This document shows, piece after piece, positions 55,041 through 64,000 of a stretch of DNA of 64,000 bases. Under the pieces are notes generated by a model that saw only the letters and a program-made list of their open reading frames with translations, was not told the DNA's origin and did no database searches. The DNA comes from an uncultured delta proteobacterium (lineage in GTDB: Bacteria; Desulfobacterota; Syntrophia; Syntrophales; UBA2185). The stretch covers positions 96,001 to 160,000 of the forward strand of contig CAVOID010000005.1 in assembly GCA_963695875.1 (NCBI GenBank), given 5' to 3'. Each line of letters starts with the position of its first letter. The first letter of the stretch is position 1. The translations under genes were made by a program, and so were the position numbers.

Positions 55041-55418
55041 ATGAAGGTTTGTTTTCCAACTGAAACATTGCAGGGAATGGACAGCAGAGTGTACGGACAT
55101 TTCGGGTCCGCACCTGGCTTTGTAATTGTGGATACGGGTAAGATGAGCGTGGAAGAAATCAACAATAACGATCTGCACCATATCCACGGCATGTGTCAAC
55201 CTCTCAAGGCTCTGGGAGGATTAAAGGTTGATGCCGTGGTTGTCGCCGGTATCGGCATGGGTGCGCTGGCGAAGCTGCAAGCTCAGGGGATCAAGGTTTA
55301 CCGTGGTGCACAGGGCACAGTTCAGCAAAATATTGATCTCATTCAGAACAATAAGCTGCCGCAATTTTTGGCTGATAACGCCTGTGCAGGCCATTCAGGC
55401 GGTGGGTGCGCCCACTAA
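55041..55418 (+). CDS. NifB/NifX family cluster-binding protein
   Basis: HFGSAPGF, HHIHGMC, GIGMGA. Confidence 0.88.
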   Translation: MKVCFPTETLQGMDSRVYGHFGSAPGFVIVDTGKMSVEEINNNDLHHIHGMCQPLKALGGLKVDAVVVAGIGMGALAKLQAQGIKVYRGAQGTVQQNIDLIQNNKLPQFLADNACAGHSGGGCAH

Positions 55419-55454
55419 TTGGCATGACCCAGAGGTTAATAAAGGAGATAGATT

Positions 55455-57146
55455 ATGTCGTTTAATGTACTTATTATCGGTGGAGTGGCCTGCGGGCCCA
55501 AAGCCGCATCGAGATTAAAACGCCTGCGTCCTGACGCGGACATCACAATTATCGAGAAGGGCAAAATGGTATCTTACGGAGCCTGCGGACTGCCATATTT
55601 TGTGGAGGGGGTGTTTTCCGAAATTGATACACTCATCAAGACACCAGTGGGTGTTCCCAGAACGCCCGCCTTTTTTGAAAAGGTGAAAGGGGTCAAGGTT
55701 CTTACACAAATCGAAGCTCTGAAAATTGATCAGGGTAAAAAGGTGGTGCATGTAAAAAACCTGGAAACCGGTGCCGAAGAGGATATGGGCTACGACAAAC
55801 TTGTTTTGGCCACCGGAGGGTCTCCGTGCCGGCCAAACATTCCAGGCCTTGATCTCAAGAACGTGTGGTTCATGGCGCATCCCGATCATGCCCTCAGTTT
55901 GAAAAAAGAGATTGCGGTGCAGGGTTTGAAAAAGGCCGTCCTGGTCGGGGCCGGGTTTATTGGCATTGAATTAGCGGAAGCTCTTGTTCGTCAGGGGCTT
56001 GAGGTGACAGTTGTCGAGATGTGCGATCAAATTATGCCCGGCGTTCTGGACAAGGATGTAGCCATGTTTGCCGCTAAACATTTGCGTCAGAAGGGCGTAA
56101 ACCTTATTCTGGGAGAGTGCGTTACCGGAATTGAAGGCACGGAAAAGGCAGCCGCGGTCAAAACCACCAAGCAAAGCATCCCGGCGGATGTCGTAGTCGT
56201 TGCGGTTGGAACACGCCCCAACGATAAACTGGCAAAGGAAGCCGGGCTTTTGTGTACTCAGCAGGGTGGCATTGTCATTAACGAATATTGCCAGACGAGC
56301 AATAAAGATATTTATGCGGGCGGCGATTGCGTGGTGAACCGGTATGTGAATGGGAGCTTTGGCGCCCTTCTTTATGTACCCTTGGGGTCGACGGCCAATA
56401 AACATGGCAGGGTCATTGCTAACCATATAGCAGGCTTGCCCACTCCGTTCAACGGTATTGCGTGCACCGCCATCGTCAGGGCCTTTGATATTACCATCGG
56501 CAGAACCGGCTTAACGGAAAGACAGGCTCGTGAGTTGAAAATGGATATAGAAACATTTACCCTGACGGGTCCTGATTTACCTCATTATATGCCGGACAAC
56601 AAACCTCTGGTCATCAAAATGATCGCCTCCAGAAGGGATCGAAAACTGATCGGCGTCCAGGTGGCGGGGCCCGGCAATGGCGCAAAGCGCCTGGATGTGG
56701 CAGCGAGTATGATACTAATGGGCGGCACCATGGATCAGCTTGCCGATGTGGATTTTGGTTATGCACCGCCATATAGCACGGCACTTGATCCTCTGGCGGC
56801 ATGCGCGCATATGTTAACCAACAAACTGGATGGTATTGCTGACGGCGTCTCAGCCCTTGAGGCGAAGGAACGTATAGAAAAGGGCGATGTCCTGTTGTTG
56901 GATGTGCGGACTCCCGACGAATTCCAGACTATGCAGTTGCCTTACGATGTTCTCCACATTCCACTGGGCGCGCTAAGAGGCAAGGCTGCTGAACTGCCCA
57001 AAGACAAAGATATCCTCGCTTTCTGCAAGATAAGTCTGCGCGGCTATGAGGCGCAAAGGATTCTAAACGCCGCCGGATTTGACAGGGTGCAATTCATCGA
57101 AGGGGGCATTGTAGGATGGCCGTTTGAAGTAAAGATGTTGAAATGA
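55455..57146 (+). CDS. CoA-disulfide reductase-rhodanese fusion (Cys form)
   Basis: GGVACG, SYGACGLPY, GAGFIG, YAPPY, LDVR, FCKISLRG. Confidence 0.9.
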   Translation: MSFNVLIIGGVACGPKAASRLKRLRPDADITIIEKGKMVSYGACGLPYFVEGVFSEIDTLIKTPVGVPRTPAFFEKVKGVKVLTQIEALKIDQGKKVVHVKNLETGAEEDMGYDKLVLATGGSPCRPNIPGLDLKNVWFMAHPDHALSLKKEIAVQGLKKAVLVGAGFIGIELAEALVRQGLEVTVVEMCDQIMPGVLDKDVAMFAAKHLRQKGVNLILGECVTGIEGTEKAAAVKTTKQSIPADVVVVAVGTRPNDKLAKEAGLLCTQQGGIVINEYCQTSNKDIYAGGDCVVNRYVNGSFGALLYVPLGSTANKHGRVIANHIAGLPTPFNGIACTAIVRAFDITIGRTGLTERQARELKMDIETFTLTGPDLPHYMPDNKPLVIKMIASRRDRKLIGVQVAGPGNGAKRLDVAASMILMGGTMDQLADVDFGYAPPYSTALDPLAACAHMLTNKLDGIADGVSALEAKERIEKGDVLLLDVRTPDEFQTMQLPYDVLHIPLGALRGKAAELPKDKDILAFCKISLRGYEAQRILNAAGFDRVQFIEGGIVGWPFEVKMLK

Positions 57147-57262
57147 CGTTAGAACCGGAGTCCGCCCTCGAATGCCCTTGTCGGGGACGGGAAATGACTA
57201 TAAAGAGATGAGGACCAGGAAATTCAACCTTAAGAAAATAAAAAGATTACTTATCGGAGAGT

Positions 57263-57886
57263 ATGGAAAAGAGAGATTTTGACAAGAGTGCTGAATCCTA
57301 TGATCTGAAATCCGGACGGGTCAAACTGGCACAGGACGTGGCGAAAGCCATAATAAATGAAGTCAGGCTTACTCATGATATGGACGTCCTTGATTTCGGG
57401 TGTGGAACGGGTTTGGTTACATTGCAACTGCAACCTTATGTACGAACTGTTACCGGTGTTGACTCGTCTCACGGCATGCTTGATGTTCTTAGATCCAAAA
57501 TCGATGAGCAGAAGCTGAACAATGTCAAAACCGAATTTATTGATATTGAAAAGGGAGATGTGCTGAAAGGCAGATTTCACATCGTTGTCAGCAGTATGAC
57601 ACTGCATCATATCCAGGACATCGGATACCTTTTCAAGGAGTTTTACAACTGTCTTTTATCAGGAGGATATTTATGTATCGCGGACCTGGATTCCGATGGA
57701 GGCGAGTTTCACAGCGATAAAACAGGAGTAGTCCATTTCGGTTTTAACAGATCAGACATTCGCCAGCTTTTTATTCAGGGCGGATTTCAGGATGTGCGGG
57801 ATGTAACAGCGGCCAGAGTTGTAAAGGATTTGTCTGATGGCCGGTCACGAGAATTCACGGTTTTTCTCATGATTGCAAGAAAATGA
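57263..57886 (+). CDS. Class I SAM-dependent methyltransferase
   Basis: LDFGCGTG, SSMTLHHI, IADLD. Confidence 0.9.
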   Translation: MEKRDFDKSAESYDLKSGRVKLAQDVAKAIINEVRLTHDMDVLDFGCGTGLVTLQLQPYVRTVTGVDSSHGMLDVLRSKIDEQKLNNVKTEFIDIEKGDVLKGRFHIVVSSMTLHHIQDIGYLFKEFYNCLLSGGYLCIADLDSDGGEFHSDKTGVVHFGFNRSDIRQLFIQGGFQDVRDVTAARVVKDLSDGRSREFTVFLMIARK

Positions 57887-57949
57887 TGATTGACTGTATA
57901 AAGGAATAACGGGAAAAAGGCCTGCCAATTTCGTTTCACGGAGACATAA

Positions 57950-58513
57950 ATGAAACCAGCAATCGTTATTGTCGACATGCTTAAGGATTCATTGGAAGCT
58001 GAACCGGGGTTTCCGATCACCCCTCTTGCCCGTGGCATCTGCCCGAATATCAACCGGCTGACGGAATTCGCCAGGAACAGGTCCATTCCGGTGATTTTCT
58101 CAATGGACAGTTTCCTGAAGGGAGACTTCATCTTCCGGGGAAAGATGAAAGAGCGATCCATACGAGGTACACGGGATGCGGAGGTTACGGATCTGCTGTT
58201 TCAAGCGGAAACCGATATTTACAGCCCCAAGCGCAGGTTCAGCGCTTTCTACAAGACGGACATGGATCAGATTCTCAGACTGCACGGAGTGGACACCGTT
58301 GCGATCTGCGGCATAAGCACCCACTGGTGCGTCCTCGTCACGGCCCTTGACGCCCTGGCGAATGACTTTCAGGCCTGTATCCTTGAAGACTGCTGCGCTG
58401 CCTTCACCAGGGAAATGCATGAAACAACCCTGAACCTTTACCGCAACAACCCGCTCTACCCCCTTTTCAGAATTATGACGTCCGCTGATTTCATGAAGGA
58501 AATGCAGCCTTAA
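57950..58513 (+). CDS. Isochorismatase-family cysteine hydrolase
   Basis: IVDM, KRRFSAF, GISTHWCV. Confidence 0.9.
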   Translation: MKPAIVIVDMLKDSLEAEPGFPITPLARGICPNINRLTEFARNRSIPVIFSMDSFLKGDFIFRGKMKERSIRGTRDAEVTDLLFQAETDIYSPKRRFSAFYKTDMDQILRLHGVDTVAICGISTHWCVLVTALDALANDFQACILEDCCAAFTREMHETTLNLYRNNPLYPLFRIMTSADFMKEMQP

Positions 58514-58913
58514 ATCTTCAGCTGAACCGGGAACAGTAATTTGGCCTTGCGCCGTGACAGGAATTGATTCCTGAAATCCTCCTCACTCAGACCTGAGCGG
58601 GGTTTTATTTTTTTCGACTTTTATCAACGAATCTTATGTAACCAATAGGTCATATGTTTTTTATTGAAAGAAATACTTCGATCTTTTGAACTACAATGCA
58701 AGACTTCCTTTCTCAGAGTGGGGCATTATTACTCAATGGGCGAGGAAAAGTATCTCAGCAGAGGAAGAAAATTCCATACTCGTCTTTCAATAACTTATTA
58801 TTATCATGGGGGAGTAATATTATTTTTCGTCCTGGTATAGATAATGCAATATTACAAATAAATGAAATTAAAGCAGGTCAGCTTTATTTTACAAGTTTCA
58901 GGAGGTGTCAGCT

Positions 58914-59516
58914 ATGAAGAAACATATGTTCACTGCGATAGGCATCGGAAGCGTGCTTCTGATGTTTACCTTCTTTTCACCGGCGATAACTAATGCCGAG
59001 GTCAATGTCGACGTTAGGGTTGCATTACCACCCCTCTTTATACCTGCACCTCCTCATTTGGTCGTGGTACCGGACACCTATGTGTATTATCCGCCTGACC
59101 AGAACGTAGATATATTCTTCTATCACGGTTACTGGTATCGCCCGCACCATGGGTACTGGTATAGGGCTCGGAATTATAACGGACCGTGGGGTCATATCGT
59201 CAGCAATAGGGTGCCCCGTGCTGTGATTGGGGTTCCATCCGGTTTCCGCCATGGCCCTATGTACGAACGTGTACCTTACGGACAAGTGAAGAAGAACTGG
59301 CGGGGATGGGAGCGTGATCGGCACTGGGACAGAGGCAGACATGAAGGCAAACACGGAGGATGGGAGAAAGGTGAAGGTCGAGGAGAACAGAAAGGTGAGC
59401 AAGAGATAGAAGGGACTTCCGTGAAGGCGAGCATGGGGGAGGAGAAAGGGGCGAACATAGAGGACGGTAAGATAAAATCCGCTCGTATAGACTTCTGCTC
59501 CCACGCTTTTAAGTAG
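58914..59516 (+). CDS. Secreted Pro/Trp/Arg-rich hypothetical protein
   Basis: Signal peptide, PPHLVVVPDTYVYY, YHGYWY; C-terminus may be frameshifted. Confidence 0.7.
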   Translation: MKKHMFTAIGIGSVLLMFTFFSPAITNAEVNVDVRVALPPLFIPAPPHLVVVPDTYVYYPPDQNVDIFFYHGYWYRPHHGYWYRARNYNGPWGHIVSNRVPRAVIGVPSGFRHGPMYERVPYGQVKKNWRGWERDRHWDRGRHEGKHGGWEKGEGRGEQKGEQEIEGTSVKASMGEEKGANIEDGKIKSARIDFCSHAFK

Positions 59517-59595
59517 AATGTAAACAAAGTTGACAAGCACTTTAATTTATGTTATACGTTGTAAAATATTTACTATTTTGTCGTGGAGGCCCTAA

Positions 59596-59961
59596 ATGAG
59601 AATGCTGGTCGTGGATGATGACCCCGGTATTGTGAATATCTTGTCTTTATCGCTGAAGCAGTCTGGCCATGAAGTGGATGAGGCGTTTGACGGGTCCGAG
59701 GCTGTGACGTGGCTCCAGAGCAATTCATACGACGTTGCTATTATAGATGCCATGATGCCTAAAATGAACGGCGCAGAAGTCTGCAAATTCATAAAGTCTA
59801 GATTTCCAGCTACGTATATCATCGGTACGAGCGGCTACTCTGAGTCTCTTAAAAAGCTTAAAAATGAAGGCGCCGATATATGCTTCACCAAGCCTTTCAC
59901 TATAGAACAAATACAAAGAGCCGTAAAAATTCATTTTCATTCTGCCTTGCCCGATTCTTAG
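59596..59961 (+). CDS. Stand-alone response regulator receiver protein
   Basis: LVVDDD, IIDAMMP, TKPF. Confidence 0.88.
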   Translation: MRMLVVDDDPGIVNILSLSLKQSGHEVDEAFDGSEAVTWLQSNSYDVAIIDAMMPKMNGAEVCKFIKSRFPATYIIGTSGYSESLKKLKNEGADICFTKPFTIEQIQRAVKIHFHSALPDS

Positions 59962-60198
59962 CCCCAATGAATCATACAGTGCAGATGTGCTTCTTGATAG
60001 TTACGCCTTTCAATTCGAAAGCATGTATACTTCCCGAATTTTATCAAATGTAAGTTTCAGAAAGAACTTTGTTTTCTGCTAAGGCAGGGCGCCTGACCGA
60101 AAGAGGTCTTCTATCACCGCATACACCTGCAATCTCCTCAATTTATTTGACGAGATTATACCGATGATTACGCCTTGAAATGCGCAAAAAAAAGGCAG

Positions 60199-60211
60199 AG
60201 CCATCTGACTC
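60199..60211 (-). terminator. Loop region of an intrinsic terminator (whole hairpin ~60186-60218)
   Basis: Minus strand aaaggcagagtcagatggctctgcctttttttt. Confidence 0.6.
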
Positions 60212-60462
60212 TGCCTTTGATGTTTTACAATTGTAGCTGACGCAAAGACTCTCCCTGCAAGCCGATCCGGTTTTTCCTGCCTTACCACTTTGAGATTTTA
60301 AGGGTTCACCAGTGCCGGTTTCACTTTTATCGGGAACCCCAGGGGCAGCGGAACGGCAAGTCAGTTCGACTCTGGGATCTTTTTTCCCAGATGCGAGCAT
60401 GGGACTCGCGATGGACACCCGCTCCAGGTCTCTCTGCCCCAGCACCGCCACACAGAAGCAGC

Positions 60463-61633
60463 TTAGCGGATCGGCCCGCGCATGGATGCCGGGTGGCCAG
60501 GCAGTTGAAGTCGCTTGCCGGTATCCGTGACCTTCGTGCCGTCCACCTTCAGGATGGATACGTCGCCGTCAAGGAAGTTGCCGACGTAGAGGTACTTTCC
60601 GTCCGGGCTGAAAACTGCCCCCTCGGGAAGTCCCCCGCACCACGACCTCGCCGATCTTCGTCACTTTCTTGCCGTTGATCTTTAGCACCGCCACGCTGCC
60701 GTTGCGTTTGTAGAACCAAGCGGTCTTGGCCGAGTTGCCACCCCCGATCAGGAGTGCCACGGCGATCTTGCCCGTGGGGCTGATAACGAAGCCCTCCGGC
60801 CCATCCCCGACCACGACATGGTCGATGACGCGCGGGGGGGTTGCCTCGAGGTCGATTATACTTACCGTGTCCACCTGCCCGTCCGCGGCGCCCGCGTTAC
60901 CGTTGTTCGCAGAGATGGCCAGCTTGCCGTTCGGGGTGACGGCGACGTTGTAGGGCCAGAGGCCGACATTCATGTCATACTTCTTGTAGGTCACCTTCTG
61001 CCCGTCCACCTCCAGCAACGCCACCTTGTGTCCGGGGAACTTCGCCGCCAGAGCGCGCTTCCCGTCCGGAGTGAAGGCCACAGCGGCCACCTGCTCGCCC
61101 ATGGGCACCGTGTCCACAAGCTTCACTTCCTTCCCCTCGATGGAAAGCACGCTGATGGAGTTGTCCGCCCGGTTGGTTACCAGTGCGAGGTTGCCGGCCC
61201 GGTTGATGTCGAGGCCGGAGGGCTGCTTGCCCACCTCAACGGTGGCGATGTGGCTGGGCGGGCTTGTCGTGAGATCGATGACGTAGAGCTTGTTATCGGG
61301 CACGAACTTCCACCCCGCCCCATCCGGCACGGAGTTGACGGAGTTCGCCACGATGGCCAGCCGCCGATCCGGCGTGATGGCCAGGTTCGTGGGCGGGCCG
61401 AAAACCGAGTTGGTCAGCGGAAGGTTGGCGATGATCCGCGGCGATTCCCGCTTGGAGATGTCCACGATGGAGACCGTGTCTTTGCCGGGAGCTGTGGGCA
61501 CAACCTTTCCGGCGTCGTCCCACGTCGCTTTCTCGTCGTTGCCGATGATCATAAGCTGCGCGCTCGCAGCCAAGGGAAAGACCAGAAGCAGCATTATGAT
61601 CGCAATGATTAATCGGATGTTATTATGTTTCAT
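60463..61633 (-). CDS. YncE/YVTN beta-propeller secreted protein, frameshift near 60630
   Basis: Signal peptide, repeated VG..P..(L/V)A.TP blades; the shifted frame ends LPGHPASMRGPIR* at 60463; visibly GC-rich. Confidence 0.8.
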
Positions 61634-61908
61634 GACTTTCTCCTTTCCTTTTTTGATAAAGACTCGCTTTGGGGTCCGATAAGAATACGGAAAACGGGGT
61701 TCAATGTCAAAACAAAACGATAACAGTTATGGAGGAATGTTTTAGGCCAGTATTGCAGCTAACGATTATCAAGTGAAATCTTGCATCACGGTCGCAATCT
61801 GTCAGCCAATGACTTAGGGAAGTTATAGGTAACACCGTCTATCCCCAATCTTACTCATGGTACGCAAGAATGATAAGGATGAACTAGAATGTCTAAACCG
61901 GAATATCG

Positions 61909-62319
61909 CTAAATGAACGATACCTCTTGTGTCGCTGCCGAGACTACGAAACAGCGTTCATTGTTGGATTGAGAATCAGCTGGATGTATGAAGAAGCCGG
62001 GGCGGCCCGGCTGATATCCATGGGTCGTGCCTACTAGAACTTCCCCATCCTTAAAAATTACCCGGATCTTGCGCCCAACAACCGTTTTATCGGCTTCCAA
62101 CTCTTTTTTATCGTTATACTCCGGATTTCCTTCAAACGTTTTGACAAAAAAAACGGCTTTGAGCTCCTGTATGGACACCTTGATAGTCTTGGTTCCTGGC
62201 GGTGCATTCACGGGGGAAAGATGGAACAAATCCTTGTTAGGAAAAAAGTCACTGGTCACACCCTTATTAATGCGCCCGTCTTGATAGCGAACCACGATCT
62301 TATTTTGGATCATCTGCAC
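61909..62319 (-). CDS. Conserved hypothetical protein (DUF6982-like)
   Basis: NKIVVRYQDG..KG.T.DF, LKAVFFVKTF.G, FKDGE...G, SNNER. Confidence 0.7.
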   Translation of the reverse strand: MQMIQNKIVVRYQDGRINKGVTSDFFPNKDLFHLSPVNAPPGTKTIKVSIQELKAVFFVKTFEGNPEYNDKKELEADKTVVGRKIRVIFKDGEVLVGTTHGYQPGRPGFFIHPADSQSNNERCFVVSAATQEVSFI

Positions 62320-62871
62320 CCTCCTTGGATGTAATCTACTTTAACATATAAATAGCAAATTTCAGAAGTAAATACTGCATATCATTTAACCTTCACACAA
62401 ATTTTATACCACATTTTTAATTATAGTTCTGCAATTTTGATAAATTTCAATCTCGGTGCTGGAGTCAAATTTTTCATTTGCTACTGAAGGGATTTTTTCT
62501 TTTGACAGGCGTCTTTTAAATTGGTGACACTATTACCTATCCTTTTTACCCAATCTTTTGTCCTGCTATTGGTAGGTTATACCTACAATTGTTCTATACG
62601 TTTAACACACATTGTGTTCCGCTGATTGTGGTGCTACTTAACACAAAATGATCTAATAAAAATAACAGGTGTGCGACGAAGATTTCCATAGCCGTAGATT
62701 TCGAACGGGGATTGGATTAGGGGCGCTCAGCAGATCAAGAAATCCTTCGCATATGAACCAGCGCGGGTACCGGGGCACCTTGTTCTCTACAATAGTTATT
62801 GAGCTGTGGAATGCAAGCGCTGCCATCATGAGGCCAAAAGGGGCACCAATTCTTTATAATTTAATTTGGAG

Positions 62872-64000
62872 ATGGAGAAGCGATTATTGTTAAAAATAAC
62901 CGGTGCCGGCAGAGCGGCTGTGATAACGGTGAGCCTCTTCATAACCCTGCTTGTTGTTGTGCCAAGAGTCACCGGAGACGAACGGGCACTTTCCCTGACG
63001 GAAGCCATTGCGATTGCGCTGAAGGATAATCATGAGCTGAAGGCTTTCGGTTATGCACTCAGTGCCGAAGGCGAGAATGTCGGCATAGCCCGAAGCGCAC
63101 TCCTCCCCCGTCTTTCTTTCGAAGAGCGTTACATGCGGACGAATAACCCGCCGGCTTCGTTTGCCGCAAAGCTCAACCAGCAGCGCTTCTCGCAGCAGGA
63201 CTTTGCCATCGATACACTTAATAACCCCAGTCCGATTGACGACTACCAGACTTCTTTCCTTATTCAACAGCCCCTTTTCTCCCGGAAAGCCATGCTTGGT
63301 CTCGATATGTCAAGGGTTCAGCGGGAGGCCAGAGAGAAGGAATTTAGCCGCAAGAAGCAGGAGATCGTCTTCCACGTCGTCAAGACATTTCTTTCTGTGC
63401 AGACGGCGCGGGAGCATGTTTCGGCAGCTGACCGTGGTATAGAGGATGCCCTGGAGCACAAACGGATAGCGCAACTGCGCTATGATACCGGTCTGGGTCT
63501 CTATTCCGATGTTTTGAGGACATCCACGGCGCTTGCCGAGGCACAGCAGAAACTCATCAGTGCAAATACTTCGCTAAATGTCTCCAGAAGGGCGCTGGGC
63601 TTGCTCCTCGGGCTTTCTGAGCCGGTCGGTGTCTCCACAGAACCAGTTGAACTTCCTGAGAGAACACTCGAGACCCATGTGCAGTTGTCGTCTTCACGAA
63701 ATGACGTGAAGGCTGTCGAACTCTATGTTGAGAACGCGCGAAACAATGTCAGACTTACCGAGGCCGGTTATTTCCCGACAGTAAGCGTGGACGGCTCATA
63801 CCAGTTCAACGACCACCGGCAGCCATTCGGCTCTGAAGGTGAAAGCTGGGCTGTGCAGGCTTTTCTTCGCTGGGAACTCTTTGACGGCTTCAAGCGTGAA
63901 AAGGAACGGGCAAAGGCAAAATTCCAGGTTTCCCGTACAGAAGAACAGCTGGCGGCCCTCATAAAAGTTGTGTCATTCCAGGTCTACGAGGCATACCTTG
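62872..64000 (+). CDS. TolC family outer-membrane efflux protein (runs off the window)
   Basis: ATG 62872 MEKRLLLK..., signal-like helix, LSLTEAIAIALKDN, ARSALLP, QPLFS, RYDTG, RWELFDG; open to the end. Confidence 0.85.
   Translation, partial: MEKRLLLKITGAGRAAVITVSLFITLLVVVPRVTGDERALSLTEAIAIALKDNHELKAFGYALSAEGENVGIARSALLPRLSFEERYMRTNNPPASFAAKLNQQRFSQQDFAIDTLNNPSPIDDYQTSFLIQQPLFSRKAMLGLDMSRVQREAREKEFSRKKQEIVFHVVKTFLSVQTAREHVSAADRGIEDALEHKRIAQLRYDTGLGLYSDVLRTSTALAEAQQKLISANTSLNVSRRALGLLLGLSEPVGVSTEPVELPERTLETHVQLSSSRNDVKAVELYVENARNNVRLTEAGYFPTVSVDGSYQFNDHRQPFGSEGESWAVQAFLRWELFDGFKREKERAKAKFQVSRTEEQLAALIKVVSFQVYEAYL

Noticed and set aside
60215..60340. Possible riboswitch upstream of a terminator
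   Set aside because: I could not match a known aptamer consensus by eye; needs an Rfam/Infernal scan.

Overview
Window of a moderate-GC anaerobic bacterial chromosome; gene content suggests a Syntrophales-like deltaproteobacterium (inference). In order it holds: (1) part of a dialkylresorcinol/flexirubin-like fatty-acyl cluster (BtrH-like protein, ketosynthases, ACP, ABC exporter) with many frameshifts, next to tRNA-Thr(CGT); (2) a CHASE2 adenylate cyclase, an alanine racemase with a ~280-aa C-terminal extension and two divergent D-Ala-D-Ala ligase paralogues; (3) an accessory region (17.5-28 kb) with three copies of an FmdB gene's 3' end, an orphan mreB, a cold-shock gene, a transposase relic, a Phd-VapC toxin-antitoxin pair, two attC-bounded cassettes without an integrase, and TPR and HEPN-like genes; (4) a large selenium/sulfur-trafficking region (29.5-58.5 kb). 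The ORF track splits three selenoproteins there: SelD (1 UGA), a CoA-disulfide-reductase-like flavoprotein (1 UGA) and a MerB-like lyase with two in-frame UGAs at both catalytic Cys positions. Each UGA is followed by a SECIS-like hairpin. The window ends in a truncated TolC gene. Best candidates for new biology: the double-Sec MerB-like gene and its operon, and the Alr-fusion/paired-Ddl operon. All calls come from motif recognition by eye; no searches were run.
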